A DNA stretch of 64,000 nt from Fibrobacteria bacterium (GTDB lineage: Bacteria > Fibrobacterota > Chitinivibrionia > Chitinivibrionales > FEN-1185). A program made the translations under genes and the position numbers. Positions 39,303 to 48,729 of the stretch are shown here, piece after piece (the first letter of the stretch is position 1; every line of letters starts with the position of its first letter). Location: assembly GCA_037447435.1 (NCBI GenBank), contig JBBIGR010000008.1, positions 1 to 64,000 on the forward strand, read 5' to 3'. Below the pieces are notes generated by a model. The model worked only from the letters and a program-made list of their open reading frames with translations. It had not been told where the DNA came from and searched no databases.

Positions 39303-41060
39303 ATGCTGTTATCAATTGTCATAATAACGTATAACCGGAGCACTCCATTGCGCAAGGCCGTCGAGTCGGTATCGGCGGCATTGGACCGTAAAGGGGAATG
39401 CGAGGTCATCGTCGTCGACGATGCTTCCGGCTCGGATCACCGGAGCAAAAATGAAAACCTTTGCCGTGAATATTCTTGTACGTTACTAGTGCACGATTCC
39501 AGAAGGGGAGCGGCGGCGTCACGAAATACCGCAATAGCCCAAAGCAATGGAAAATGGATAGCGTTTTTGGACGATGACGTGATTGCAGACAAACAATGGT
39601 ATTTTCAAGCGAGAAAAAGAATCATGTCGGCCTCGGATGCCGTGGCAGGCATTGAGGGAAAAGTGGTGCCCTTGGGAAAAGGGTTGTGGGACAAGGAAGT
39701 GGAAAATAAAAATGGAAAGCTGTATCTCACCTGCAATTGCATTTACAACGCAGCAATACTAAAAAAAGAAAACGGATTTGATCAACGATTTAACGGAAAA
39801 CACCCGTCGTGTGAAGATCATGAACTTGCCGCACGGATGTTACGATGGGGCGATATTCCGTTCGACGGCTCAATAACCGTGTACCATACGGCACGATCGG
39901 TTTCCCTTATTGCATATGTGCAAAATTCTGTTTCGCGGATGAAAGAGCAGCTCGAGGCAGAGTTTTACTTTTACATGAAGCAACGCGACCGATATCATTT
40001 GTTTCGGCATCGGACTTCTTTTTTCGGAACCCTGAAAGCGATTTGTTTAAAACATATCGTGACAACGTTTAAAAGAAGACTTCTTCCGGATATTATCGGG
40101 CATCCTCTGCAAAGTTTGAGCTTGTTTGCCTCCTGTATAATTGAGCAATTGACCGCATGGGTATTGTTACCGGTATTCGTCGGGCGATTTTTTAAGGGAC
40201 GCGAACGGTATTTTACCAACGATATTGATTTGCAAAGAACAAGCAGTGTTTGGAATTTTAAAAAATCCGTTACAACGGAAAACCTGGTTTTTAAACGATC
40301 GGTTGTAAAATCGATGCTATTCCCCATAACGAATACTCCCGGGTATTCGGCCAGGTCTTTGTTACGAGTGATGCGGAAAAAAATCGATGCTGAAACGGAA
40401 TGCAAATGTTACATTCGTATCGACGACGTGTTTTTAGAAAAACGGGAATTGGTCGTCGGGCTATGCAAAGTATTTCAAAGGTTCAAAGCGCCGTTTTGCG
40501 CAGCCGTGCCCGGCCAGTATCTAACCGACGAACGATATGCGGACCTCTGTTCGTTGATAATTGATAGCGGCGGAACAATCGCGTTGCATGGGTTTTCGCA
40601 TCACGGCATGTTCGGACCCTATGTCAGTGAGTTTTTGCAAATGCAATTCGGCGAATTTGCCCGGAAAGTCGAAAATGTATTCCGTTGTACGTCCGACGAA
40701 TGGAAACCGAAAATACTTATTCCGCCTTTTAACGCCATTTCGCGGTATCATATCAAGGAAGCGGCAAAATATTTTAAAGTAATTTGCGGCGGCCCGGAAA
40801 CCGCACGATTTACAGATGGTTGCTTTGGTCCCGTTGCGCTAACGTACGGAACCTGGTATTTCCCGTCGTTTTATCCGTTTTATTCAAATGCGAAAACGGT
40901 CAATCGGACAAAAGCGTTGAGCTTTTTAAAAAAAACAAAAGGCATCGCCTGCGTGACCTTGCATATGGAGCATGAGGCGCAAAACAACTATGCAGACATA
41001 TCGGAACTATTGCAAAGCAATTCGCCGATCATATTTTCCTGGGAGAGCTATCTATCATGA
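39303..41060 (+). CDS. GT2 glycosyltransferase fused to a polysaccharide deacetylase-like (DUF2334-type) domain
   Basis: IITYNR, VDDAS, FLDDD; C-terminal IRIDDV, ALHGFSH, IPPFN. Confidence 0.82.
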   Translation: MLLSIVIITYNRSTPLRKAVESVSAALDRKGECEVIVVDDASGSDHRSKNENLCREYSCTLLVHDSRRGAAASRNTAIAQSNGKWIAFLDDDVIADKQWYFQARKRIMSASDAVAGIEGKVVPLGKGLWDKEVENKNGKLYLTCNCIYNAAILKKENGFDQRFNGKHPSCEDHELAARMLRWGDIPFDGSITVYHTARSVSLIAYVQNSVSRMKEQLEAEFYFYMKQRDRYHLFRHRTSFFGTLKAICLKHIVTTFKRRLLPDIIGHPLQSLSLFASCIIEQLTAWVLLPVFVGRFFKGRERYFTNDIDLQRTSSVWNFKKSVTTENLVFKRSVVKSMLFPITNTPGYSARSLLRVMRKKIDAETECKCYIRIDDVFLEKRELVVGLCKVFQRFKAPFCAAVPGQYLTDERYADLCSLIIDSGGTIALHGFSHHGMFGPYVSEFLQMQFGEFARKVENVFRCTSDEWKPKILIPPFNAISRYHIKEAAKYFKVICGGPETARFTDGCFGPVALTYGTWYFPSFYPFYSNAKTVNRTKALSFLKKTKGIACVTLHMEHEAQNNYADISELLQSNSPIIFSWESYLS

Positions 41061-41426
41061 TCATATGGTTTGCGGCTGCAATCCCCGAATCCTCCGTAGG
41101 AGGTGTGGCGCACTCGATATCGCAATTGGCAAACGGACTTTCCCGGCTCGGCTATACAACCCGCGGTTGGGAGGAGAAAGCTGTTCAGAGGGTGCGTCGT
41201 ATTTGCGTCGGCGATTCCCGCGAGCACGGGATTTATCGTTAGCAACGTCAACGGAATCGTGCTGGGTGCGGAAAATTTAAATGAAGATTCCGCAAAGATG
41301 CTTGAGACGATTCGTTCGGTAGAAACATGCAGACGATTAGGGCGGAACGCCTATGACTTTTCTTCACGACCATCGTGGGGCAGGGCGGCAAAAAGGCTTG
41401 AAAGAACGTTATGCAAAATACTGTAA
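41057..41426 (+). pseudogene. Internally deleted, frameshifted GT4 remnant
   Basis: One frame gives a GT4 N-terminus (VGGVAHSISQLANGLSRLGY); another gives a GT4 C-terminus (GCVVFASAIP...NGIVL...LGRNAY...SW); the middle is missing. Confidence 0.7.
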
Positions 41427-42355
41427 AAAAGCAATTATCTGTTGTCGTTGCGTCGCATCGAAGCGCCGCCATGCGCAGGCTGGCGTCCGCATTATCCTCG
41501 CGAATGCCGGATTTTGTTGAGATTGTCGTCGTCGCGGATTACAACACGGACAAATTGTCGTGCGAATTTCCCAAGTTTACATGGATGGTTCTTAACAATA
41601 AAAGCATATCCGCAAAGCGCAATATGGGTTGCGATGCGGCCAGCGCCGATATTGTCGCGTTTATCGACGATGATTGCGTGCCGTCGCCCGATTGGATGGA
41701 ACTGGGTCTCGCATTTTTAAACGCAAATCCCAATGCGGCCGGGTGTGAAGGAAGGACCGTTATTGATAAAACAGATGCGATAGCACCGATGTCGGAATAT
41801 AAGCGGTTGGAACAGCCCGGCTACAGGACGAATAATATTTTTTATCGAAAGCAGGCGATTAATTCGGTCGGCGGATTTGACGAACGCTTCACGATTCAAC
41901 GTGAGGACGTCGACCTCGCATACGGCATTTTAGAAAAAGGCCATACAATCGCCTATTGTCCGGAAGCAATTGTTTTTCACAGTACCAGACCGAATGAATA
42001 TTTTGATCTGATTAAAAATTGTATCAACCGTCGTTTTGATCCGCTTTTATATAAAAAGCACAAGGTGTTATATCGAAAGCATGTCGGGTGCCCGATTCCG
42101 CCGAGTATCGGAATTATTCTGACATCTCATTGCGTTTCCTTGTTGGTTTTTATGTTCGCAAAACCGATGACGGAATGGTTTTTTCTTTTGGAATTCATGG
42201 TAGCCTTTTCACTGGCATGGCGACGAAACCAAGGGAGACATCAGTACGGAATTTCTCTTTTTATAGATGGAATTTTATTTTTGATGGCACCGTTTTTTCT
42301 TTTAGGTGCCTTAATCCACGGAAGCGTCAGGTTTAAAAAATGGTTGATTTTTTAA
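41411..42355 (+). CDS. GT2 glycosyltransferase with C-terminal TM helices
   Basis: KRNMG, AFIDDDC, GGFDERF, REDVDL. Confidence 0.9.
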   Translation: MQNTVKKQLSVVVASHRSAAMRRLASALSSRMPDFVEIVVVADYNTDKLSCEFPKFTWMVLNNKSISAKRNMGCDAASADIVAFIDDDCVPSPDWMELGLAFLNANPNAAGCEGRTVIDKTDAIAPMSEYKRLEQPGYRTNNIFYRKQAINSVGGFDERFTIQREDVDLAYGILEKGHTIAYCPEAIVFHSTRPNEYFDLIKNCINRRFDPLLYKKHKVLYRKHVGCPIPPSIGIILTSHCVSLLVFMFAKPMTEWFFLLEFMVAFSLAWRRNQGRHQYGISLFIDGILFLMAPFFLLGALIHGSVRFKKWLIF

Positions 42356-42420
42356 AAGATTATACTAAATGATCCGGAAACAGATGTTACTAAAGTAAAA
42401 GCATCAGGAAAATTACCAGG

Positions 42421-43446
42421 ATGAAAATTGCTTTTTTTACAAAGGACCTTCCGTCGGATAAACCGAACGGAGTATCTTGCCAGGCTCACCGACTTGCAAA
42501 TAGTTTGGTTATTTTAGGAGAAAAAGTGATATGCTATTCATTTTCCGAAAAACCAACGGATGCGTTATATGTGCATATACAACTCGATCGGAAGGCAAAA
42601 TCAAAAACAGCCGCGCTATTCGAAGCGGGGCGGGTATTTGCCGCAATGCAAACATCGGACTACGATGTTGTCCATTTTCATGGAGACGATTATTTCGTTA
42701 AGGGAAAACCGAATCATATCAGGACGTTTTACGGTTCGGCTTTTTTTGAAGCACGGTTCGAACATGATTTCCTCAGAAAAATGCGGCAATCGCTATTTTA
42801 CATTTTTGAATGGGTTTCCTGTTTGCGCAGCGGCCTAAAAGTCGCAATTTCACATTCGACAAAAACCGCGTTACCGTTGGTAACCACGGTGATTGCATGC
42901 GGCGTACCGCTTGATTCGTTCAGCCCGGTACGGGCCAAAACCCCATTTCCGAGCATGTTATTCATAGGTGATCTTGACAGCAGAAAACGCGGCGGACTAT
43001 TGGTAAAGGAATTCGAGACGCATGTCCTTCCGAAAATACCCGATGCGGTTTTGACGATAATTGGACCGCAAGAATGCATTGGTCCCAATATCGTATGGAA
43101 AAAAAAGGTAGACCAGGCGGAGCTGATCGAGCAATACCGCAAAGCCTGGATTTATTGTTGCCCAAGTTCGTATGAAGGTTTCGGCGTTCCGCTGTGTGAA
43201 GCCATGGCCTGCGGGACTGCGGTAGTGGCGTGTGAAAACGAAACGGTTGCGGAAATTATCTCCCATGGAAAAGACGGGATGATTTGCAAAGAAAAAGACT
43301 TGGGCGAATCGCTTGTTTCGGTCCTCGGCAATTCGCATTTGCGCGCAGGACTTACCGATAAAGCGCTTGATACGGTAAGAAAGTACGATATGATGAACAT
43401 AGCAAGGCAGTATGTAAACCTTTACGAGCGTATCGCCCGGCAATAA
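42421..43446 (+). CDS. GT4 glycosyltransferase
   Basis: RKRG, YEGFGVPLCEAMACG. Confidence 0.92.
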   Translation: MKIAFFTKDLPSDKPNGVSCQAHRLANSLVILGEKVICYSFSEKPTDALYVHIQLDRKAKSKTAALFEAGRVFAAMQTSDYDVVHFHGDDYFVKGKPNHIRTFYGSAFFEARFEHDFLRKMRQSLFYIFEWVSCLRSGLKVAISHSTKTALPLVTTVIACGVPLDSFSPVRAKTPFPSMLFIGDLDSRKRGGLLVKEFETHVLPKIPDAVLTIIGPQECIGPNIVWKKKVDQAELIEQYRKAWIYCCPSSYEGFGVPLCEAMACGTAVVACENETVAEIISHGKDGMICKEKDLGESLVSVLGNSHLRAGLTDKALDTVRKYDMMNIARQYVNLYERIARQ

Positions 43447-43452
43447 ATAATT

Positions 43453-44916
43453 ATGCAAAAAAAAGCCCTGAACAGCGTATTGTATTTTGCCGTCATTGTA
43501 ACCGGCATCTTTTTGGCATATAAAACAATATATATACCAAAGCAAGGGGAGCTTGTCGCCCTCATTACGATTTTACTGCTGTATCCTATTTTCCGCTATC
43601 CGTTGACCGGCGTATATGCCGCATTTCTTATTGCGCCTTTTGTATCCTTTTTAAGGCGATTATATTATCTGATTCATGCTCGGCCGACAATTGACCCGTT
43701 GATAATGCTGACAGACATCCTTGTCGCTGTTGTTTTCGCCGGATTGATATTCGAACTTCGGGAAAAATTGAAAGAAAAAGGACATGAGGCAGGCGCATTT
43801 CTTACCGTTGTAACGATCTATATCATTTATATGGTTATCCGTACTTTCGTTTTCAACATTCAACCTCCATCGGAAAGTATTGCAAAACTGAAATACTACG
43901 CGCCGAACGTTCTTTTGTTTTATATAGGTTTTGTCTACGCGGCTCGATTGACCCATGCGAAAGCTATCTGGTACCTTACCTTGGTCATCGGAGTCGTTTC
44001 TTGCCTTTATGGCCTTAAACAACTGTACATCGGGTATTCGAGTTTTGAAAAAATCTGGTTTTCTTCAATATCATTCACGACCTTGTTCATTAAAGGTATT
44101 GCAAGGCCTTTTTCGTTTTTCCAAGCGCCAGCTGCTTTTGCCGATTACCTTGTCATCGGCATGGTCGCGGCCATAATGATCGGTGCCTGGGGAAAGTTTA
44201 AGAGTAAAGTGTTCGCGGCATGTTCGATTCCGCTTTTATTTTCGGGCGTGCTCATTACTTCGGTCCGTTCAAGTTGGATAGGTGCGTTGGCGGTTTTCTT
44301 TTTTTGGTTTGGTTTTTTGAAAGTAAAGAAAACCGCCAACCGGATTGTCATCATAGTTCTGGTGGCAGTTGCATTTTTTTCATATCAAATGGTAGACGAT
44401 GTATTGTCAAGCTGGTTGGGAATTAAGAGCATCAAATCCGCGGTCACCGCCCCGGCGGGGACTGGAAAGAATTACGTGGATTTGCTTGTTACCAACAGGA
44501 CAGGAGCCATAACGAATCCCTTTGAAGAACATTCATTGCTTTCCAGGATGACCCTATGGCAATACGTATTCGAGTCGTCGTTGAGCTTTGAGAGAATTTT
44601 TTTAGGCCGTGGCCTCGGCACTCTTAACTCCGATTCGCTGTATGTAACGTATCTTGCCGAATTCGGTTATCCGGGGTTGATTGTCGCGCTGTTTTTCATG
44701 ATCGGATTCGTTCTGCGGGGCCTTAAAACTCTTGATAGGCTTACCGATGATCGGGTGATTGTATTGACAAAAGGAATAATTGTCATGGACATGGTTTTGG
44801 GGCTCATGTGCGTGACAGGTTCCCATATTCATGCGTTTCCCGGCGATATGTACTTTTGGTTTTTTAACGGGATGTTAATGAATGTCGTTACAATGGAGAA
44901 AAGGATCGTTCAATGA
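43453..44916 (+). CDS. O-antigen ligase/Wzy-like polymerase
   Basis: About 12 TMs; RPFSFF, TSVRSSW, SRMTLW, GRGLG, DSLYVTYLAEFG. Confidence 0.8.
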   Translation: MQKKALNSVLYFAVIVTGIFLAYKTIYIPKQGELVALITILLLYPIFRYPLTGVYAAFLIAPFVSFLRRLYYLIHARPTIDPLIMLTDILVAVVFAGLIFELREKLKEKGHEAGAFLTVVTIYIIYMVIRTFVFNIQPPSESIAKLKYYAPNVLLFYIGFVYAARLTHAKAIWYLTLVIGVVSCLYGLKQLYIGYSSFEKIWFSSISFTTLFIKGIARPFSFFQAPAAFADYLVIGMVAAIMIGAWGKFKSKVFAACSIPLLFSGVLITSVRSSWIGALAVFFFWFGFLKVKKTANRIVIIVLVAVAFFSYQMVDDVLSSWLGIKSIKSAVTAPAGTGKNYVDLLVTNRTGAITNPFEEHSLLSRMTLWQYVFESSLSFERIFLGRGLGTLNSDSLYVTYLAEFGYPGLIVALFFMIGFVLRGLKTLDRLTDDRVIVLTKGIIVMDMVLGLMCVTGSHIHAFPGDMYFWFFNGMLMNVVTMEKRIVQ

Positions 44917-46007
44917 TCGGTTTCCCCCAGAAGATCCTTGTCACGCTTGATTTTCCTCCCGCCCACGGAGGAATACAGCGTTTCTTACATGACTTGGTTG
45001 TTCACACCTATGCGCAAACCGATATGGTTCTAGTTGGTGCTGGAGCCGAAACAAAACAAACGCCGGGCACATATCCTTGTCCGATAATATACGTTTCAAG
45101 TGTGTTATCGACCTATGATGAAAAATTCTCAATTTTTCCTTTATGTATAAAGTTAATAAGATTGCTTACTGCTGATTCTGGAAATGCGACCATATTGTGC
45201 GGCAATATATTTGCAGCTTGTGCGGCTTTTCCACTCAAAATGGTATTTGGTAAATCCTATTCGGTGTATGTTTACGGGACGGAATTGCTCCCCTTACGAA
45301 ATAAACTGTCGATTAAGGCCTTGTTTCTTCGGAGCGTTTTGTCACATGCGGAAACGATCATTTCCATAAGCGATTATACGACGGAATTGGTAAAAAAAAT
45401 TCTTCCCAATGCCACTGTTCAAAAGCAAACGCCTAAGATCTCTTTGGAAAAGTACCCCTTTGCAAAGGATGAAATGCAAGCGAGGTCGGTAAAAAATGAA
45501 AATGCGTTTAAAATTCTCAGCGTTGGCCGGTTGGTAAAGCATAAAGGACACGACTGTCTTATAAAAGCTGTTTCCGACTTGCCAAAAGCAATTAATTGGA
45601 ACCTTGTTATTGTGGGAAGTGGACCGCAATTGAATTCACTGAAGCTCTTGGCTGCAAAATATAACATCCAAAACAAGGTAGAATTCAGGACGGATTTATC
45701 CGATGAAGAGGTATGTAATACCTATCGTGAATCTTCGATATTTGTGTTTCCTTCAGTTTCAAATGGAGGTACGGAAGGGTTTGGTATTGTCCTTTTAGAA
45801 GCCATGGCGCATTTTCTGCCCATAATCGCAAGCGATACCGGGGCTGTACGGGAGGTTCTTGATAACGGAAAATGCGGTATGTTAATCCCGCCGGGCGATA
45901 GCGGCTTTTTATGCAAAGCGATATGTCGCCTTTTCCAAGAGCCTGAGTTGCGCCATTTTTATGCAACAGCCGCAAATCAACGGGTCATTGAAAATTATGC
46001 ATGGTAA
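44913..46007 (+). CDS. GT4 glycosyltransferase (PimB-like)
   Basis: DFPPAHGGIQ, VGRLVKHKG, EGFGIVLLEAM. Confidence 0.92.
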   Translation: MIGFPQKILVTLDFPPAHGGIQRFLHDLVVHTYAQTDMVLVGAGAETKQTPGTYPCPIIYVSSVLSTYDEKFSIFPLCIKLIRLLTADSGNATILCGNIFAACAAFPLKMVFGKSYSVYVYGTELLPLRNKLSIKALFLRSVLSHAETIISISDYTTELVKKILPNATVQKQTPKISLEKYPFAKDEMQARSVKNENAFKILSVGRLVKHKGHDCLIKAVSDLPKAINWNLVIVGSGPQLNSLKLLAAKYNIQNKVEFRTDLSDEEVCNTYRESSIFVFPSVSNGGTEGFGIVLLEAMAHFLPIIASDTGAVREVLDNGKCGMLIPPGDSGFLCKAICRLFQEPELRHFYATAANQRVIENYAW

Positions 46008-47166
46008 AAATCGTCCGACCATATTATTTATTAATCATTGGGCGCACACGATGGGCGGTGCGGAACATTCACTTCTTGACATGCTTTCTTTTATCGCCTC
46101 CGAAGCGGAATGTCATTTGGTCACCGTGGAGCCGGGTATACTTGTTGAAAAAGCCGAACAATCGGGTGTCAAGTGTCATATTGTGCCGTGCCCATTGAAA
46201 ACACAGAAGCTTCTGCGCAAAAATATTATTCGTACGATGCTCACTTCTCTTCCGGATATTCTTGCCTATATCCGGTACGTCTTTTCCATGCGATTGCTCG
46301 TACGGCATATAAAGCCGCAGGTGATCCATGCAAATGTTCCAAAGTCGCACATTACACTTTTTCTCCTGCAGAAATTTGGCTATCGAAAAACTTGTTGTTT
46401 TCATATTCGCGAAATATTCGAACGGGATTCGTTGCCATGGAAAATATACCGATTGCTGTTTTCAAAAAAGCAAAGCGTTGTTTTAGCGATTTCGAACCAC
46501 GTATTCGACATGTTGCCTGCGAAAATGCAAAAAGCCGCGCGCGTGGTGTATAATGGGGTATTTATCCGGCCGGCATGGCCGCTTCGGACGCGGCACAATT
46601 TGCAACTAAAACTATGTTATGTCGGCCGGATCGTTCCTTGGAAAGGATGCGAGTATCTTGTCGAGGTGGTTGCATATATTAAACGACATAATCCGTCAGC
46701 CAAAGTGTCTTTGTCGCTTATCGGCGATACCGCTTATTGGCCGCAAGGCTATCGTGACGAACTGAGGGCATTAATACAAAGGAGCAATCTTGAAGAAGCC
46801 TGCTTTTTATTTCCAAACACAACAGATGTTGATTCAGCCTATAGTACGCATCATGTGTTTGTCAATGCCTCGCATCAAGAACCGTTTGGACGCTCCATTG
46901 CCGAAGCCCAGGGAGCCGGCCTGCCGGTAATAGCATTCGAATCGGGTGCTCTTTCCGAAATCGTTGAAAACGGTGAAACAGGATATTTGGTTCCTTATGG
47001 CGATGTTCCCGCAATGGCCACAATGGTTTTAAAGTTATATTGTGATCCTGAATTATGTGAATCTCTTGGGGCCAATGGACGCTTGCGGGCATTGCGTTTA
47101 TTCAACCGGGATATTCAACTCCCGTTGCTTTATAAAACAATTATTGGTCAAGTAAAGAACTACTGA
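45997..47166 (+). CDS. GT4 glycosyltransferase
   Basis: GGAEHSL, VGRIVPWKG, EPFGRSIAEA; start moved to ATG 45997. Confidence 0.92.
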   Translation: MHGKNRPTILFINHWAHTMGGAEHSLLDMLSFIASEAECHLVTVEPGILVEKAEQSGVKCHIVPCPLKTQKLLRKNIIRTMLTSLPDILAYIRYVFSMRLLVRHIKPQVIHANVPKSHITLFLLQKFGYRKTCCFHIREIFERDSLPWKIYRLLFSKKQSVVLAISNHVFDMLPAKMQKAARVVYNGVFIRPAWPLRTRHNLQLKLCYVGRIVPWKGCEYLVEVVAYIKRHNPSAKVSLSLIGDTAYWPQGYRDELRALIQRSNLEEACFLFPNTTDVDSAYSTHHVFVNASHQEPFGRSIAEAQGAGLPVIAFESGALSEIVENGETGYLVPYGDVPAMATMVLKLYCDPELCESLGANGRLRALRLFNRDIQLPLLYKTIIGQVKNY

Positions 47167-47205
47167 AGAGTGTGTTGAAACACCCTCGTTTTGAACCGGA
47201 GAGGA

Positions 47206-47403
47206 TCAGGTAAACTTTTGGGAGGTTTTTCTTGCTTGTGCAATCGGTACCCATCGACCTTCGCACAAAACTTTACCCTGTGAAAGTCGATCGATTATCT
47301 TCTTCGTCATTTCGAGGCGTTTATTGATGGAAACCCATGTGCCATCATCGTCAATGACTTGCCCATTGTGAACTCTCTGTATAATTTTGTCAACGGTTTC
47401 CAT
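47206..47403 (-). CDS. Small hypothetical protein with internal GxV..GxWV repeat
   Basis: NGQVIDDDGTWVSI / QGKVLCEGRWVPI; 2 bp from the upstream gene. Confidence 0.6.
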   Translation of the reverse strand: METVDKIIQRVHNGQVIDDDGTWVSINKRLEMTKKIIDRLSQGKVLCEGRWVPIAQARKTSQKFT

Positions 47404-47405
47404 AA

Positions 47406-48194
47406 TTAAAAGAAAGAAACACTATCTTTATTTGATTGTTTTTTCTGTTTGCCACTCTTGGGAAGCGACGTCGTTTCTTTTTTCTGCTTTGCCGGCTTTG
47501 TTTCTTTCACCGGCGCAACAACGGGTTCAGGCTTTGGCGCTTCTGTCTCAGTAATTGGCTTTTGCGTTATGGCTGTGTCTACAGGGGGTGAAGCCTCTGG
47601 GCTTACTTTATGAGAAGATGCAGATTCTTCGGCCTCGGCTTTAACTTTTGATAAATCGTCTTTTGCAAAAGGCTCGCCGCCGGAAAGCTTCCGTGCGGTA
47701 TCGAGTTCCGACATTGCGCGCACATACTGTTGTCGTTTCATATAAACGTCTGCAGCAAGTAAGTATGGTGCAGGATCCTTAAATTGTGATGAAATTTTCG
47801 CGTTATCGAGAATAATTACCGCTTCTTTTTCCTTACCGGTTGCAAGCTTCCCAAGCGCTTGGTTTACAAGAGATAAAGTGGATACTTGCGTGTTGATGGA
47901 TTTAACGTAAATGGAGCCCACAATAATGACCGAGGCAAGGCAACAGACGGAAACTACCAAAGAAACAATGGCAAGGACCATCGGCGTTTTAGATGAAACG
48001 ACTATACGTTCCGAAACATTTTTTGCTAAGATTTTTTCAAGTTGGATAACCGAATATCCGCATTCGTTTGATTCCGGAAATTCATCAATAATTGCTTTAT
48101 ACAGGCGGCAGGCTTCAGTTGTCTTTCCTTCATCGTACTGCAGCCGATACGCTTTCTCGTATAATTCCAACGGAGAGTTGGCGGTTTCTTTCAT
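47406..48194 (-). CDS. Single-TM protein with TPR-like motifs and Pro/Lys-rich tail
   Basis: LYEKAY...YKAIIDEFPES; central TM; PYLLAADVY. Confidence 0.7.
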   Translation of the reverse strand: MKETANSPLELYEKAYRLQYDEGKTTEACRLYKAIIDEFPESNECGYSVIQLEKILAKNVSERIVVSSKTPMVLAIVSLVVSVCCLASVIIVGSIYVKSINTQVSTLSLVNQALGKLATGKEKEAVIILDNAKISSQFKDPAPYLLAADVYMKRQQYVRAMSELDTARKLSGGEPFAKDDLSKVKAEAEESASSHKVSPEASPPVDTAITQKPITETEAPKPEPVVAPVKETKPAKQKKETTSLPKSGKQKKQSNKDSVSFF

Positions 48195-48523
48195 CGCAGC
48201 CCTCTTTTAAAATTTTTAAGTAGAGATTTGACCTGTTTATCCGACATACTTTTAGAATCTTCAGGAGCTGGTGTATAACGGCTGCAAATAAAAGAATAAT
48301 CGCCCCCAAAGGATACAACGCCTGCAGTCCCCCCGGTTCGTTTAGATCGGAATTCTGGACATTTTTGTTTCATTTTACAATTGAAGCAAGATGCTTCTTT
48401 TTGTCGTTGCTGGCGATCATAACCTTTTGCCTCCAGATCCTTGTCTTTGGCATCGGATTCATAGACTCTGGCAGTTGCCCTGTTTTTTTCAGCGACTTGA
48501 TCATGGTCAACATAACGCTTCAT
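48191..48523 (-). CDS. Hypothetical basic protein with four Cys (CxxC-x5-C...C)
   Basis: AGGAG RBS before ATG 48523; SCFNCKMKQKC...FICSRY. Confidence 0.7.
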   Translation of the reverse strand: MKRYVDHDQVAEKNRATARVYESDAKDKDLEAKGYDRQQRQKEASCFNCKMKQKCPEFRSKRTGGTAGVVSFGGDYSFICSRYTPAPEDSKSMSDKQVKSLLKNFKRGLR

Positions 48524-48729
48524 GTGAATTCTCCTATTATAAGATACTTCAAGGATAAAATAATCTTTTACCAATGTATCTACAAGCTGTGGGGAAAACA
48601 ATATGAATCCAAGGTGTTCGGTAAATCATTTCTCAAATGGGAGAAATACGATCTGTCGTGGCATGGAGGGATTTTGCATCGCCGCTTCAGGCATTACAGA
48701 CGATTTCCATAAAAAAAATGCAAAATAGG

